Source of the DNA: Octopus vulgaris
Taxonomy: Eukaryota
Assembly (NCBI GenBank): GCA_951406725.2
Contig: OX597815.1
Coordinates: forward strand, 165,168,001 to 165,232,000
Reading direction: 5' to 3'
DNA length: 64,000 nt
Position numbers and translations under genes: made by a program. Within the stretch, counting starts at the first letter, position 1, and every line of letters starts with the position of its first letter. Below the pieces are notes generated by a model. The model did not search any database, was not told the DNA's origin, and saw only the letters and a program-made list of their open reading frames with translations. Below, piece after piece: positions 28,466 to 41,341 of the stretch.

Positions 28466-28938
28466 TTCATAGCTATAGGCACAAGTGTGGCTGTATGGTA
28501 AGAAGTTTGCTTTCTGACCACATGGTTTCAGGTTCAGTCCTACAGCTAGGTATTCTGGCCAAGTGTCATCTACTACAACCCTGAGTCAGTCAAAGCCTTG
28601 TGAGTGGTTTTGGAAACTGAATGAAGCTCATAGTCTATATGTATATATGTATGTGTGTGTGGGGGGATGTATACGTATGTATGTGTATATGTGTGTGAGG
28701 GTGGGTGGGAGTGCATGCTAGTGCATATGTGCTACTGTATCCTTGCCTTGCTATCACATGAAAGTTGTAAATGAGTGCCACTGTTATGCAAGCAGTGCTC
28801 TTTGTTTCCAGTCTTCCATGACACTATTAAACTTGGAAACAGGTGTGGGTTGGTGACAATAAGATCATCTAGCCTTAGAAAAGCTGCTTCAACTGATTCT
28901 GTCTGACCCATAACAGCATGGAAAACAGAAAGTTAAAA

Positions 28939-29353
28939 CAATGATGATGATGTAGGTGCTCTCTCTCTCCATATATATATATATATATATCTGTAAAATT
29001 AATATGTGACAATTATTCAGTAGCCATGATAAAACTCCGGGTTTCAGATGTCGGGGCAGAAACCCATGCCACCATCTCTTCAGTTATCTGGCCATCAGAA
29101 AAAAAAAAGAAGAGATGGCAGCGTGGGTTTCCGCCCCCGACATCTGAAACTCGGTGTTTTATCATGGCTACTGAATAATTGTCACATATTAATTTTACAG
29201 ATATATATATATATATATATGGAGAGAGAGAGCACCTACATCATTATCATTGGCTACTGAATTATTGTCACATATTAATTTTACAGATAAATTCCTCTAT
29301 TTACATAATATCGAGGTCTCTTTCATTCTTTTGTTATCTTACCATTTCTATCA

Positions 29354-29355
<2 letters not shown>
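28939..29355. mobile_element. Fold-back pLTR-like module with HHR motif; the palindrome includes copied flank
   Basis: Arms 28939-29081 / 29109-29252; minus 29088-29028: gataa CTGAAGA gatg...catc t GAAAC ccgga GTT ttatc. Confidence 0.75.
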
Positions 29356-29394
<39 letters not shown>

Positions 29395-30149
29395 TACACA
29401 CCAACACCTTTTGTTATTAAGTGATTTGCTGTCAGTGAAACTTGAGAAAGTATTAAATATGGTGACCTCATGACAAAATAACTGCGGCCTTTTGCTATTA
29501 AGTGATGAGTGTGCTTATGCACAGGTGAACATAAACAACAGACACATAGAAAACAACAAGAAAACCACCAAAACTACTTTTATTATTGAATATTTTTGTT
29601 TCGTAAGTACTTCAGACTTATCTATTGTTTATTGCCACACCGTTAATTTTAAAGATGATATATTTCAAAATTTAACCTTTTTGCAAGTATGTCCCTTCAG
29701 AAATTTTCTTGGCTGAATTATTGAGAAAAGTCAAACGTGATTAAAAATGATAGACTGATATCTGAACAGAAAGAGCTCTAGCAGTTTAAAGGTACAAATA
29801 TAAGTTGAGTTAATATTGCATTGTATAGCAGCAAGAGAGAATGGTTGCATTACCCTGCTTGTTATGTGTGTGTTTAATGAAACTCTCTCTCTCTTTCTCT
29901 CTCCTAGTGTAAGAGCCAGGTATTAAGATATTAATTATATGTCTGATGGTTTAATGATGTATCTGTTGCACAGTGATTAGGCCTTTTACTCACTTTATTA
30001 TTGTTACCTTCTGTCTACTCTGAGAAGTTACACACTATATGCCCCTGATTTGCATATGTATATAGGCATCTTTTTTTAAAAGAATTTATGATCTCTTGAA
30101 CCCTTTAACTTAATTACAAACATATATACACATACACACATCAAAAGAA

Positions 30150-30492
30150 AGACTCCCTTTGGTCATGAATGACCCATAGGATTGTACCAAGAAAGTTCCT
30201 CTCCAAGGCACAAGTCTGGACAAGGTGGTCTTTTTTGTATGGAAGACCAGCAGTCACCCATGCATATCAGCCTCCCTCTCTCCATGCCACTGATGTTTCC
30301 TAGGTAAAAGGCAAAGGCTGATACAGCTTGGTATCAGTGATGTCGCAACTCATTTCTACAGCTGAGTGAACTGGAGCAACATGAAATAAAGTGTCTTGCT
30401 CAAGAACACAACATACAGCCCAGTCCAGGAATTGAATTCGCTACCCCATGATTGTAAGCCCAACACTTTAACCACTGAGCCATGCACCTTCA
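30150..30492 (-). mobile_element. SINE family D
   Basis: Reverse-complement homologue of 12767-13091. Confidence 0.8.
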
Positions 30493-30509
30493 CTCACATA
30501 TACATATAT

Positions 30510-31270
30510 GGTGGTGAGAGTTAGCAACTTGTTGAGTGAGGAAATTAGCTTGCAGGTTGGTGTCCATTAGAGTTCTGTCATCAGAGTTCTATTTATTACA
30601 GTTCTCTGGGCTATAACAAGTATTTAAGACTGGCTGTCTGTTTGAATTCCTGTATTTATGCTGATGGTCTAATTTCATAGTTGAATTTGTTGAAGAATTA
30701 GGAAAGAAATTTCAAATTACAAGCTTAACAAAAAGGCCAAGGCCGCAGAAGTCTTTAGGTAAACCTAGCATAGATTCACATTTTAGTAGGAAAGAAGACA
30801 AAACCTTACTGCTGTCTAGGAAGTAGACATACCTGATATGTAGTAAAGGTATAGGTAGGAATTTAATACCACGGTCTTGTATAGTGAGATCATGAGCAGG
30901 TTAGCAGTGAAGAATTTTGAATGTAGCTGATTTATGAAGTTTTTAGCAGAAAGGATATGTGAGATATGAACTTTTTAATATTTGGAAAGCTTGCTGGAAA
31001 TCATTGATAGTTTCAAGAACCTATGTGACCTTATAGCAGTGGAAGAGAGTGAATGCATACTAATACGAGTAAGGTTGAGGTGGTAAGGTTCAGCAACCTA
31101 TTACCTCTGTGAGCAGGAACTGAATTCTTTCTCTGAGTGAGGGGCAGATTGTATGATGCTTGTGTACAAAGTGCAATGATGCATGGTAGTAAAGCTTGGG
31201 CATTGAATGTGAAGGATGTGTGAGGTTTGGAAAGAGATGAGTTGGAACATTCTTGTTGATTAGGATGAAT
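30510..31270 (+). pseudogene. Highly decayed RTE-clade LINE reverse transcriptase fragment
   Basis: Remnants VGVH*SSV (cf. GVHQGSVLSP), FKTGC..YADG (cf. YADD) and CVQSAMMHGSKAWAL (cf. LYGSETW). Confidence 0.7.
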
Positions 31271-32291
31271 AGTATCGATGCTTCCCAAAGTGGAATGGAA
31301 TCCAATATTACTGTAGCCTTCAAAAGGAACACAGTTTTTCGTCGTTGACAATTCTGTTTGTTCCAAGTGTAATATGGTGAACTTGATAATAAAATAGAAT
31401 TCCAGCAGACGTATCATCTTAGCAATGTAGAAATAAAATACTATAGAACACAAGTGTCTCTTGGAGCAAGAGCTTGCTGCATTGCAGTTGCAATGCGGTA
31501 CTGATATGCATGCACCAACACACATGATATACACATGCACAGATTGCAGAATATAGACATACATAACACACACTTACATAAACGGCAGAATATAGATGGC
31601 ATTTATAACAATGATGATCTTTGTACAAGTTTTGTGGTTATCGAGAAAGAAATATATATATCTACATACTGTTTTAATGTATCTGTTTTGTATGAAAATA
31701 TCATTTTGAATGCTCGCACAATGTAAAAAAGTAGGATAGGACCAGCAGTTGATGTACACATGTTAGCATAAAGTCCTCCCACAGATATCCATTCCCCACC
31801 CCACCACTATATAATAAATGTTTATGGAGAACCTATAGTTCAATGAAGAGAGAAAAAAATTGATTGATCTCTGCTCTTTCACTTTCCCTACCGTTGTTTA
31901 TTTCTGCTTCACTGCGTCACTCTGTCACATCTTTAGTTCTATCTATCTCTCTGTCTCTTGCAATCTTAACTCTTCTTTTATCTGTCTGTCTGCACATCTA
32001 ACTATCTATCTATCTGTCTATCTATCTATCTATCTATCTACCTATCTATCCGTCTGTCTGTCTGTCTTTTTGTCTGTCTGTCTTTCTACCTATGAATCAA
32101 TCAATCAAGTACTGTCTGTCTGTTTATTTCTGATGTCAACAATAATTCGACTAATCCAGAGTTGTATATACACAAGCAATCAGAAATATATAAATTATTT
32201 CTATGAAGTAGGCTTAGGGGAAGCAACAAGAAAAAAGCCAAAACAAAAGAGAAGAGACTGGAGATATAATTAGACAAATTGTCTGAGTAGA

Positions 32292-32320
<29 letters not shown>

Positions 32321-32322
<2 letters not shown>

Positions 32323-32538
32323 GCTTTATTTAAAGCAGCAGAAAATTCAACAAAATCTGTTACTCTGAGTTTCTCATTGCCGTTCATCAGCAAAAACTGT
32401 CTGATGAACGGCAACGAGAAACTCAGAGTAACAGATTTTGTTGAATTTTCTGCTGCTTTAAATAAAGCATGTTACTCTACCACTGGTATTTGAGTACTCT
32501 TTTTTCCACCTTGTTTCACATTTATGTGTTTACTCCGG
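32321..32538 (+). mobile_element. Fold-back pLTR-like module between (TA)n tracts
   Basis: 70-bp arms 32321-32390 / 32401-32470 with one mismatch, 10-nt spacer, 68-nt single-copy tail. Confidence 0.85.
32397..32434 (+). ncRNA. Type I hammerhead ribozyme motif (best copy in window)
   Basis: ctgt CTGATGA a-cg-GCAA-cg-a GAAAC tcaga GTA acag: full core, stem I ctgt/acag, GNRA-capped short stem II, stem III ACT/AGT, GUA cleavage triplet. Confidence 0.8.
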
Positions 32539-32747
32539 TATATATATATATATATATATATATAGTTATAAAATCTCTAGATGAGATAAAGTAGTAACGT
32601 ATACTAAACAGTAAAGCGAGTAGCCACAATGAATGTTAATACTAGTTTAACCCCAGGCAGATTCTCCACTAGCTGGTTTTCGGAGCAAACTCTGCACCCT
32701 TATATACAATATATCACTAGCAGGGGGAAGTGAACCTCTACAGGACT

Positions 32748-32786
32748 GCGGGACTGGTTTCGTGCTAACTGGCTCACATCAGCCAC
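32748..32786 (-). ncRNA. Degenerate minimal hammerhead-like motif
   Basis: GTGG CTGATGT GAGC-cagtta-GCAC GAAAC CA GTC CCGC; A9 is substituted and stem II has one mismatch. Confidence 0.55.
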
Positions 32787-32847
32787 GCGCACCTGAGCAT
32801 TGGAGTGATAGTTAAGATCTGCTTCTGCCAACAATATATTGTAAATA

Positions 32848-32901
<54 letters not shown>

Positions 32902-33100
32902 ATACACACCACATAAATAGATACATATACATATATATCTTTTATCTTGTTTCAGTCATTCAATGGCAGCCATGCTGGGACACTCCCATGAAGAACTCTG
33001 AAGAATGACCTGGCCCTAGTATTGTTTTTTTTTTAAAGCCTGGCACTCTCTTTATTAGTCTCTTTTGCTGAATTGTTATGTTACAAGAACATAAACACGT

Positions 33101-33151
<51 letters not shown>

Positions 33152-33292
33152 AACACACACATACACAAACACACAAACACAAAAGAAAGAAGATGATATA
33201 AGAATAAATGATTATCTCATGAACTTCATTAGTTTGAGTTCTACATCGAGTTATTGGTCTTGCAATGTATAAGTTGAATTATATATATATAA

Positions 33293-33364
<72 letters not shown>

Positions 33365-33369
33365 AAAAG

Positions 33370-33490
33370 TAAAAAAATACAAACTGGGACAAGAACGTGA
33401 AACATTTAGAAGACGACACAAAAAACACGGACGGGACATTCGAAGCCTTCAATCTTCAGTCAAGAACCGGATCATCTTCGCAATTTCGGT
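33370..33490 (-). mobile_element. Family H2 module (truncated)
   Basis: Reverse complement ccgaaattgcgaagatgatccggttcttgaCTGAAGAttgaaggcttcGAATgtcccgtcc matches 34763-34830. Confidence 0.65.
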
Positions 33491-33512
33491 ATGTATGTAT
33501 GTATGTGTATGT

Positions 33513-33547
<35 letters not shown>

Positions 33548-33895
33548 GAGAGAGTGAGAGGAAGAAAAAGTGTGTGTGTGTGTGTGTGTGTGTGCATGTG
33601 CGTACAACTTGGCTACATTGCAATTCTGCACCGTATCTACAATGAACAACCACTCTATGTTCTTCGTTGTATGTGTGCATTGTGTGTAAAGTGATTGTTT
33701 TACTTTAAAATTGTCTCCTTTCACTCGAAATGCCGTATGGTAGTGGTACATAATTACTGAAACTCATTTTTCTGCACTCATTATTATAGTAAGTTTTTCT
33801 GACAGCCATAGAAGAATTTTACTTTTGTTCTTCTTGCATTCCGGATTGTATTGCAGACCAAGAAATATGTACCAAAGTGTGTGTGTGTGTGTGTA

Positions 33896-33955
<60 letters not shown>

Positions 33956-34544
33956 AAAGGCTACGAAAATGTGATTAGCATGGAAAAAAGTGACTATGAA
34001 GAGTTTTCTAAAAAAATTAGTGGACAATGAATTTTTGACGGTAATTTTTGTTCTTTTTGAAGTCATTTGAATATTACTATATTACAACGAATATAGAAAT
34101 GAACTTCAATAATTAGATGGCAAGCATTTCAAAAAAAAAAAGTGAGTCTTTATGAAAACCAATCATTATATATACATTCATACGAACTTCCTAGATACAT
34201 CCATTCATTCCCCACCTTCCAACATAATATGTATGATATATAATAGGTATGGTGATGCCACGAGGAAAATAGAACTCAAAATATGAGTACTTATAAATTA
34301 TTTTTATTAGTATTTAGCCGAAGCAACAGAGCGACTCAATGACTGACTGAGAGTTTTGTGCGTTTGATGAGTGTCAACGCACGAAACTCTTAGTTCTTGA
34401 GTCACTCTCTTGCTTCTGTTAAATATTAACAAATATATATATGTTTGTCTATTGAGAGAGAAAGGGAGGGTGGGAGAGAGAATATGAGTGAGTGAGAGTG
34501 TGTGTTCAATAAAACCAAGTGCAATTGTTGGCACGAAACCGACG

Positions 34545-34862
34545 GTAACGTTCTAACCTTTGTCTCATTTGGTCTAAAGTCGTAAGACAACCATCGTTAT
34601 ATTTTGTTTATCCATTACTGTTTTCAATTTCGTTTTCGTCTCTTGTATTTACATCCGTCTTGTGCGTTCACATTCCTGTCTTCTACCAAGAAATCTAATG
34701 CTTACAGCTTAGTTTTTTTTCTTGGGGCTGGCCGAGTTGGAGCAAATATCAGAATTGAACAGCCGAAATTTGCTATGATGATTCGGTGTCTGACTGAAGA
34801 TTGAAGGCTTCGAATGATTTGTCTGTGTTCCGTGTTCGTCCCTTCCTGTATTTCACGTTCAT
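34545..34862 (+). mobile_element. Family H2 module
   Basis: Homologous to 16011-16375; ends at tatatata. Confidence 0.65.
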
Positions 34863-34928
34863 TATATATAAAAACATTTATTCTTATATATACATATATA
34901 TCCATCTAGGAAAAATAGAGTGGGTACA

Positions 34929-35155
34929 CAGTAATCTCTCGACTATCGCGAGTGTTAAGTTCCACCCACCCCCTCGCGATAGGTGTAGATCCGCGAAGTA
35001 GAAACAGTACTGTACTGTATATTTAAAAAAAAATTATTTTTATAATTTGTATATATTTATTCTATTATAAACGCAAAACAACACCACGGAGGAATCGACG
35101 TAAGCTTAAATAATAAACCGCGATAGGTGAACCGCGATATGGCGAGGGATTACTA
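34929..35155. mobile_element. Tigger/pogo-like MITE
   Basis: TIRs cagtaatctctcgactatcgcg / cgcgatatggcgagggattacta; TA on the right flank. Confidence 0.75.
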
Positions 35156-36184
35156 TATTAATCAAAGCATCCAGTGTAATAAATCCATTTCAGTTGATTT
35201 TATGAATTGGTATTGCATGAGTATTAGATAACAGCGCGATTAACTTACACCACATGCTGCCATAGTTATGTTACTATATACTTTGATTAGTGTATGTGCG
35301 TGTGTGCGCGTGCGCGTAAACATGGGGAACGCATGCAGTAAAATGAGGGAGTATGCAATTGGTCTCTTTCAGTCCAATACCCGTTCAAAGCAGTCACAGG
35401 ACATTGAATATCAATCCTAATGTGCGATAAGGTCCTCAACTAACCGAGGTATCATGGCATATCAGGAAGTATGGATCTATGAATCGTACTTTGTTGACTG
35501 GCCGACTACCTACGAACTACAGTCTTAGGGTCTCTTCGATCAGCTCTGTTTCACAATGCCAACGACCGACAGTATAGCTCTTTTACACACTTCTAGCTTC
35601 AACAACGTTAAACAATTCAACCTCCTTACTTAGATCACGTATAAAATATCTTTCTTTATAAGTTAGTTTTTCTCCTGCTTAATTGACTAAACTATTTACT
35701 AGCTAGAAAGACAAAAACCAAAAAAAAAAAAAATATATAGTTAAATTTGTGTTAACATATTTAATGCAGGAAGATCTAAGAAGTTTAACAAACAATAATT
35801 ATGCGATGAGGAAAAGCAATCAAACAATATTAGCTAATAGCTAATATTTTCATTTTCCGATATTCTGATTTCAGCAGTGAACCATAAACCTTTTCCGAAT
35901 TTGCTGGAGAAATGATGAAAGAATAAGAAATTGAACAACATTCTACATTGATTGGTGTGGGAAAAATACAATTGTTACGAGAATAAAACAGTTCAGTCTC
36001 TAAAACAAATAGACTCAAGATATTTAGGTTACTAAGGAAACACATGCATCATTTATGTGTAGTTTGAACGCACGAAAGTTCCAGTACGTAGGAATAATAG
36101 ATAAATTCCTCGAATCGTCTTATTTGGTTAATGTGTCTCTTAATAGTCGGTAAAAGCGAATAGATAAAAATTAGAGTAAATAAT

Positions 36185-36790
36185 GGTTTCAAATTTTGGT
36201 ACGAAGCCAGCAGTTTTTAAGGGGAAGGTAAAGTCGATCACATCGACCCCAGTGCTCAACTGGTATTTATTTAATAAACCCTGAAAGGATAGAAGACGAA
36301 GTCGACCGCGGTGGGATTTGAACTAAGAACGTAGAGAGTTCGAAGAAAAGCCGCCAAGCAATTTGTCCTGTGCGTCAAGATTCTGCCAGCTCATCTTTTT
36401 ATTGTTTCAAATTTTGGCACAAAGCGAGCAATTTTGAGGGGGATATGGCAAGTGGGTCACATCGACACTAGTACTCTACAAGTACTTATTTTATAGACCC
36501 CGAAAGGACGAAAGCAAGGTCGACCACAGTAGCATTCGAACTCGGAACGTAAAGATTCGGAAGAAAAGTGAAAGCTGCTACGCATTTCATCCGGCGTGTC
36601 AACGATTCTGTTAGCTTATCGCCTTATTGCTACAAATTTTGGCACCACAAGGCTAGCAATTTTGAGGGCAAGGAGCAAGTCTATTACATCTTGAATGGTT
36701 CTTTATTTTATCAACCCAGAAAAGATGAAAAGCAAAGTGAGCCTCGGCGGGATTTGAACTCAAAACCCAACGATTCTGCCATCTAGCCGT
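36185..36790 (-). mobile_element. Three head-to-tail decayed SINE family B-related copies
   Basis: Repeated (gg)tttcaaattttggcac..gccagc...catcgacccc...gaaaggat...gtcgacc...tttgaactc...gattctgcc units. Confidence 0.8.
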
Positions 36791-37499
36791 CTTACTTTCA
36801 GTAAATGATAACGAGTTAGTATGTCACTAACCCACTTACCGGAGTTAAAAAAAAAAAAAACCCCAAAAAACAAAAGCAAAACCACTTCCATAATAAATTA
36901 TGAAAACATTTATCACTCGACAAATTCCCTGCAAACTGTACTACATTCTCGCTAAAAATAGGCCCACAATTTCCACACCATTCCATTAACATCCTCTGTT
37001 TTATTCGTAACACTATTAACAGAATTGGAATTAGCTACATAATTAATTAGATAGCGAGCCTTATTAGACACACGCACAATTAATTATATCGCCGACACCA
37101 ATTTTTTGTCAATTAGCAGTTACTGTGTCAAAGCGAGCGATTTCACGTAGATTAAGTTATACGCATACGCACATACACCTGTACAGCTCTTTAAATGACT
37201 CGTGCACGCAAAACGTATACAAAATCCTCGTAATGAAAAAAATATGCTTGGCGATGACGTACCGTTTTCTCTGAGACATGAAAGTGAGCATTTAACATAC
37301 ATACATACATACACACATATCTCTCTCGTATCACTTTTGTGGTTCCTTTTAATTTTAAACGTATTTACAAGATGTTAGATCGAAGATCAATACGTTAGTC
37401 GCTTTGGATTCATTTTCCACACACACACATATATATATATATATATGTGTGTGTGTGCGTGCGTGTGTATATGTATATATATATGTATATATGTATATA

Positions 37500-37578
<79 letters not shown>

Positions 37579-37656
37579 TATATGTATATATATGTTTGTA
37601 TATATATATATGTATATATATGTTTGTATATATATATATATGTATATATATGTTTG

Positions 37657-37689
<33 letters not shown>

Positions 37690-38235
37690 GTATATATATG
37701 TATATACATATATATTTATGTATATACATATATATGTATATATTTATGTATATACATATATATGTATATATATATGTATACATATATATATATTTGTATG
37801 TATGTGTGCGCGTGTGTATGCACATGTTGCACCCACTGCTCTTGTAAGTGTATAAATATGTACTCTACAAAAAGTATTAATAATTCAGTTTAAGGTAAAA
37901 TGATTTTCATTATAACTCGATATTACCCTCCACCCCACCCCAAACACGCACAAACTAGTGGATGGACAAATAGAAATCGATAAAAAAAAAGTAGCAGATA
38001 AAAACAACTGCGTCGATAGACACAAACGCGATAGGCGTAACATGGTTCACGATTATGCGTACCGTGTTATCGCGGATCAGTGATAAACGAAGATAAATGT
38101 ATTTCAGCTTTAGATTCTTTATAGCTAAGCTTTTTTCAATAAGATAATGCAGAAAGAAATGTTTTACGAAAGACCAAACCCGCTGCGTGTCACTGCTGAC
38201 TCGCAAGTCATAGGTTCCTCGTCCTTGATCCGGAT

Positions 38236-38576
38236 CAGTGATTCTCAACTATTTTTTGAATTTTATTTACAGACCCCTTTGATTATTATTTTAGGCTGGT
38301 ATATCCCCATAGCCATTCAATGTTTAAAAACTAGTGTTATAGGCACTTCTTTCAAAATTCCTCTATTTCGTTTTTCACATGTGTTGATTGAACAATGTAA
38401 AACGTTAGAGAAAGAAACCTAGCTGTTTCTTGCATTAAATACATCTAAAACAAAGTTCTTTAATGGACCTTTAAAATACTACTGTGGATTCTCAATTTGC
38501 TATTTTGCCTGTGTAGAACTCCAAAACTCTTATACGGGCTCCCAGAAGTCATACGGACCCTGGGTGAGAATCACTA
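38236..38576. mobile_element. hAT (Charlie-like) MITE
   Basis: TIRs cagtgattctcaac / ggtgagaatcacta; TSD not clearly preserved. Confidence 0.65.
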
Positions 38577-38882
38577 ATTCTAGACCAAGGAAGACAAAAA
38601 TAGCAAGAAAAGGGGAACATTGTGTATCTGACTACAGGCATATAGTATATAAGCGGGTGGCAGATGACAGAGTTCATTGGTGCGTCGAACAAATTTTCTT
38701 TTGATTTATTGTTGCATTCCATTAGGCTTTGAATTCAAATCTCTCCTGAGTCAATTTTTGCCTTTCATCCTTAAGAGGTCTACAAAATAACTATCAGTCA
38801 ATAAATTGAATAAATAAATCCTGGATTCGATGTAATGGGGTACGTAATGGGGTATATTCTTGAAATATATGCTCCAAGCATG

Positions 38883-38938
<56 letters not shown>

Positions 38939-39110
38939 GTGTGTGTGTATGTATATGCGCGCCTTCACACACACACACATTTATATACATAATACAATGT
39001 GCTCGGTTTTTATTACCGATAATCTATAGTAGACAGCTAAATGGTGCTCAACTGCATTTTATCCACGATAGATTTTTCGACACTGCAAACATCAATACCG
39101 CACATATTTC

Positions 39111-39142
<32 letters not shown>

Positions 39143-40023
39143 GTATATATGTATATAAGTATATATATGTATATATATATGTATATATATATGTATATAT
39201 ATATATATGTATATATATATGTATATATATATGTATATATATATGTATATATATGTATATATATATATGTATATATATATATATGTATATATATATATGT
39301 ATATATATATGTATATATATATGTGTGTGTGTATATATATATATATCTACATATATAAATATATATGTATATATGAATGTATACACACATACACACACAC
39401 ACACACACATATACATCTGTATATATGTATGTATGTCTCTCTGTTTGCATATATACTTATTGGGAGATAGGCAAAACTCAAACCCAAGCTTTTATTTCAT
39501 GTTACATAATACACAATTGCATAATTCATGTGGGGGAAATCGCAAAACAGATACCGAATTCTGCTCTGCTTAACTCCATAGAATGAATAAATATTAAAAA
39601 AAATAAATAAATAAATAGAAAAAAAAAGAAAGAAAGACAACTTTAAAAGAACACATAACCATCAATTTTGGAGAGATGAAATGTCATGTAGCACCATTGC
39701 GTGACCGATAATGGAAGAATTAAGATTTTAGATACTAAGAACAGATGAATTCATGAATTGATCTTGCCTAACATTGAATCTGGTCAGGCAGCAAAGGAAG
39801 AATGGAATAAAGCTCTGTCTCTCTCTGTCTCTCTCTTTTTGTCTCTGTCTCTCATGTATTATACATTCATCTAGGTGTTGTTTGAGTCTTGTTCAAATGC
39901 TACAACATATCTGAACAATGTTGTTGCCGATAGTTTCAAAAGGGCAATGGGCTACATGCAAAAAGAGAAAAAAAAGAGAGAACTCTCTTTATGGCATGCA
40001 ACAGATCATTTTTCTGAAAGAGA

Positions 40024-40065
<42 letters not shown>

Positions 40066-40837
40066 AATGAGACAGAGAGTGGGGAGGAGGGAGGAAAAGA
40101 GAGAGAGGGAGAGAGAGAGAAGTGGAGAGAGAGAAAGAAAGAAGGGAGTGACAAAATTCCTCCCATCAATCTTGGTGTCCCTGAAAAAACGGTCATGGAT
40201 GTAACCGGTCTTCATTTTTGTCATATAAAATAAATAAATAAATAAATAAAATATGAAAATTAAAGAAATCAAGTCCTACTGATATTCTGCCCCACTTTCT
40301 TCGAAAAAAAAAGGGGACATTTTGGATAATGTACTCCGGGATACATAATGCATGAATAAAAATAAAAATAAAAAAAAAAACAGAAGGAAAAAAAATGAAT
40401 GTTGAGCATGACTTGAATGAATGAATACCTTTGATCATATGGTTTACTTGATAATGGGATGACTTAGGGTTAAACAACAGCAATACTAGCTATACCACCA
40501 CACCACCACCACCACCACAATCACAACATCAACAACAACAACGGGTGCAATTGAGGAATGCTTCGTTGGCTGGTAAAAACGGCAATTGCTTGAAAGAAGC
40601 GCTCGTACAACGGCTCAACTTAATAGAAACGAATGAATAATTACGTAGTATAAGTTTCTATCTGACGCAACACGTATTCAATCGTTTTTGTTTTAGCCCC
40701 GGGTTGGCATTAGATCTGATCTGATTAATTAAACAGATCAAACGTAGGGAACGGAAAGGTCAGTAGGCCTGGGCCTGAGATGTGCTTTTGATTGGGGGTG
40801 AAGTATGTGAAAGGTACCCCTTTGTTTTTATACTATA

Positions 40838-41180
40838 CGAGCAAAACGCCCCCCGTTGCTATGGACGGTGCTGAGTTGTCAAACATTTAAACCAAATTTT
40901 CTCAAAACAACTTGCCCGACCATCCCATAGTCTTCCCCTTTGAGAAACACTGATTTAACCTAAATTTGAGACACCAGCAAAAGAAGAAATAAAAGTAGAC
41001 TTTTTTTCTATTCCAAAGAAAAACGATTTCCCACGGTTTTATCGATCGCATTCTCACTTGGAATCGATTTTTGAAATTTTTCCGTTGGTATCTACATATC
41101 AAATTTGAGTGCAATCGGATGGAGGATGCCCGAGATCCTAGAAGCCACACAGACAGACAGAACGGATTTTATATAAGAGA
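40838..41180 (-). mobile_element. Non-autonomous Helitron-like element
   Basis: Minus strand A|TCTCTTATATAAAA..(ctgt)n.. ending ccgtccatagcaacgggggg cgttttgCTCG|T: 5' TC, 3' GC-rich hairpin, CTAG-like end, inserted between A and T. Confidence 0.6.
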
Positions 41181-41341
41181 TATGTATAGTACGAAAAAAA
41201 AAAAAAACATAGGATCTAGTTAAATTCATTCTCAAAATCAACCCCCCTTTAATTTTGCTCATATTTATTTCAATTTTGGTGTATCGATGCAGTTGTGAAT
41301 TTTGATTTTGCTCAACTTTATACATTATTTCGCTCAATTTT

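Noticed and set aside
31445-31500. Possible small exon (EHKCLLEQELAALQLQC)
   Set aside because: No polypyrimidine acceptor, weak donor, too short to support.
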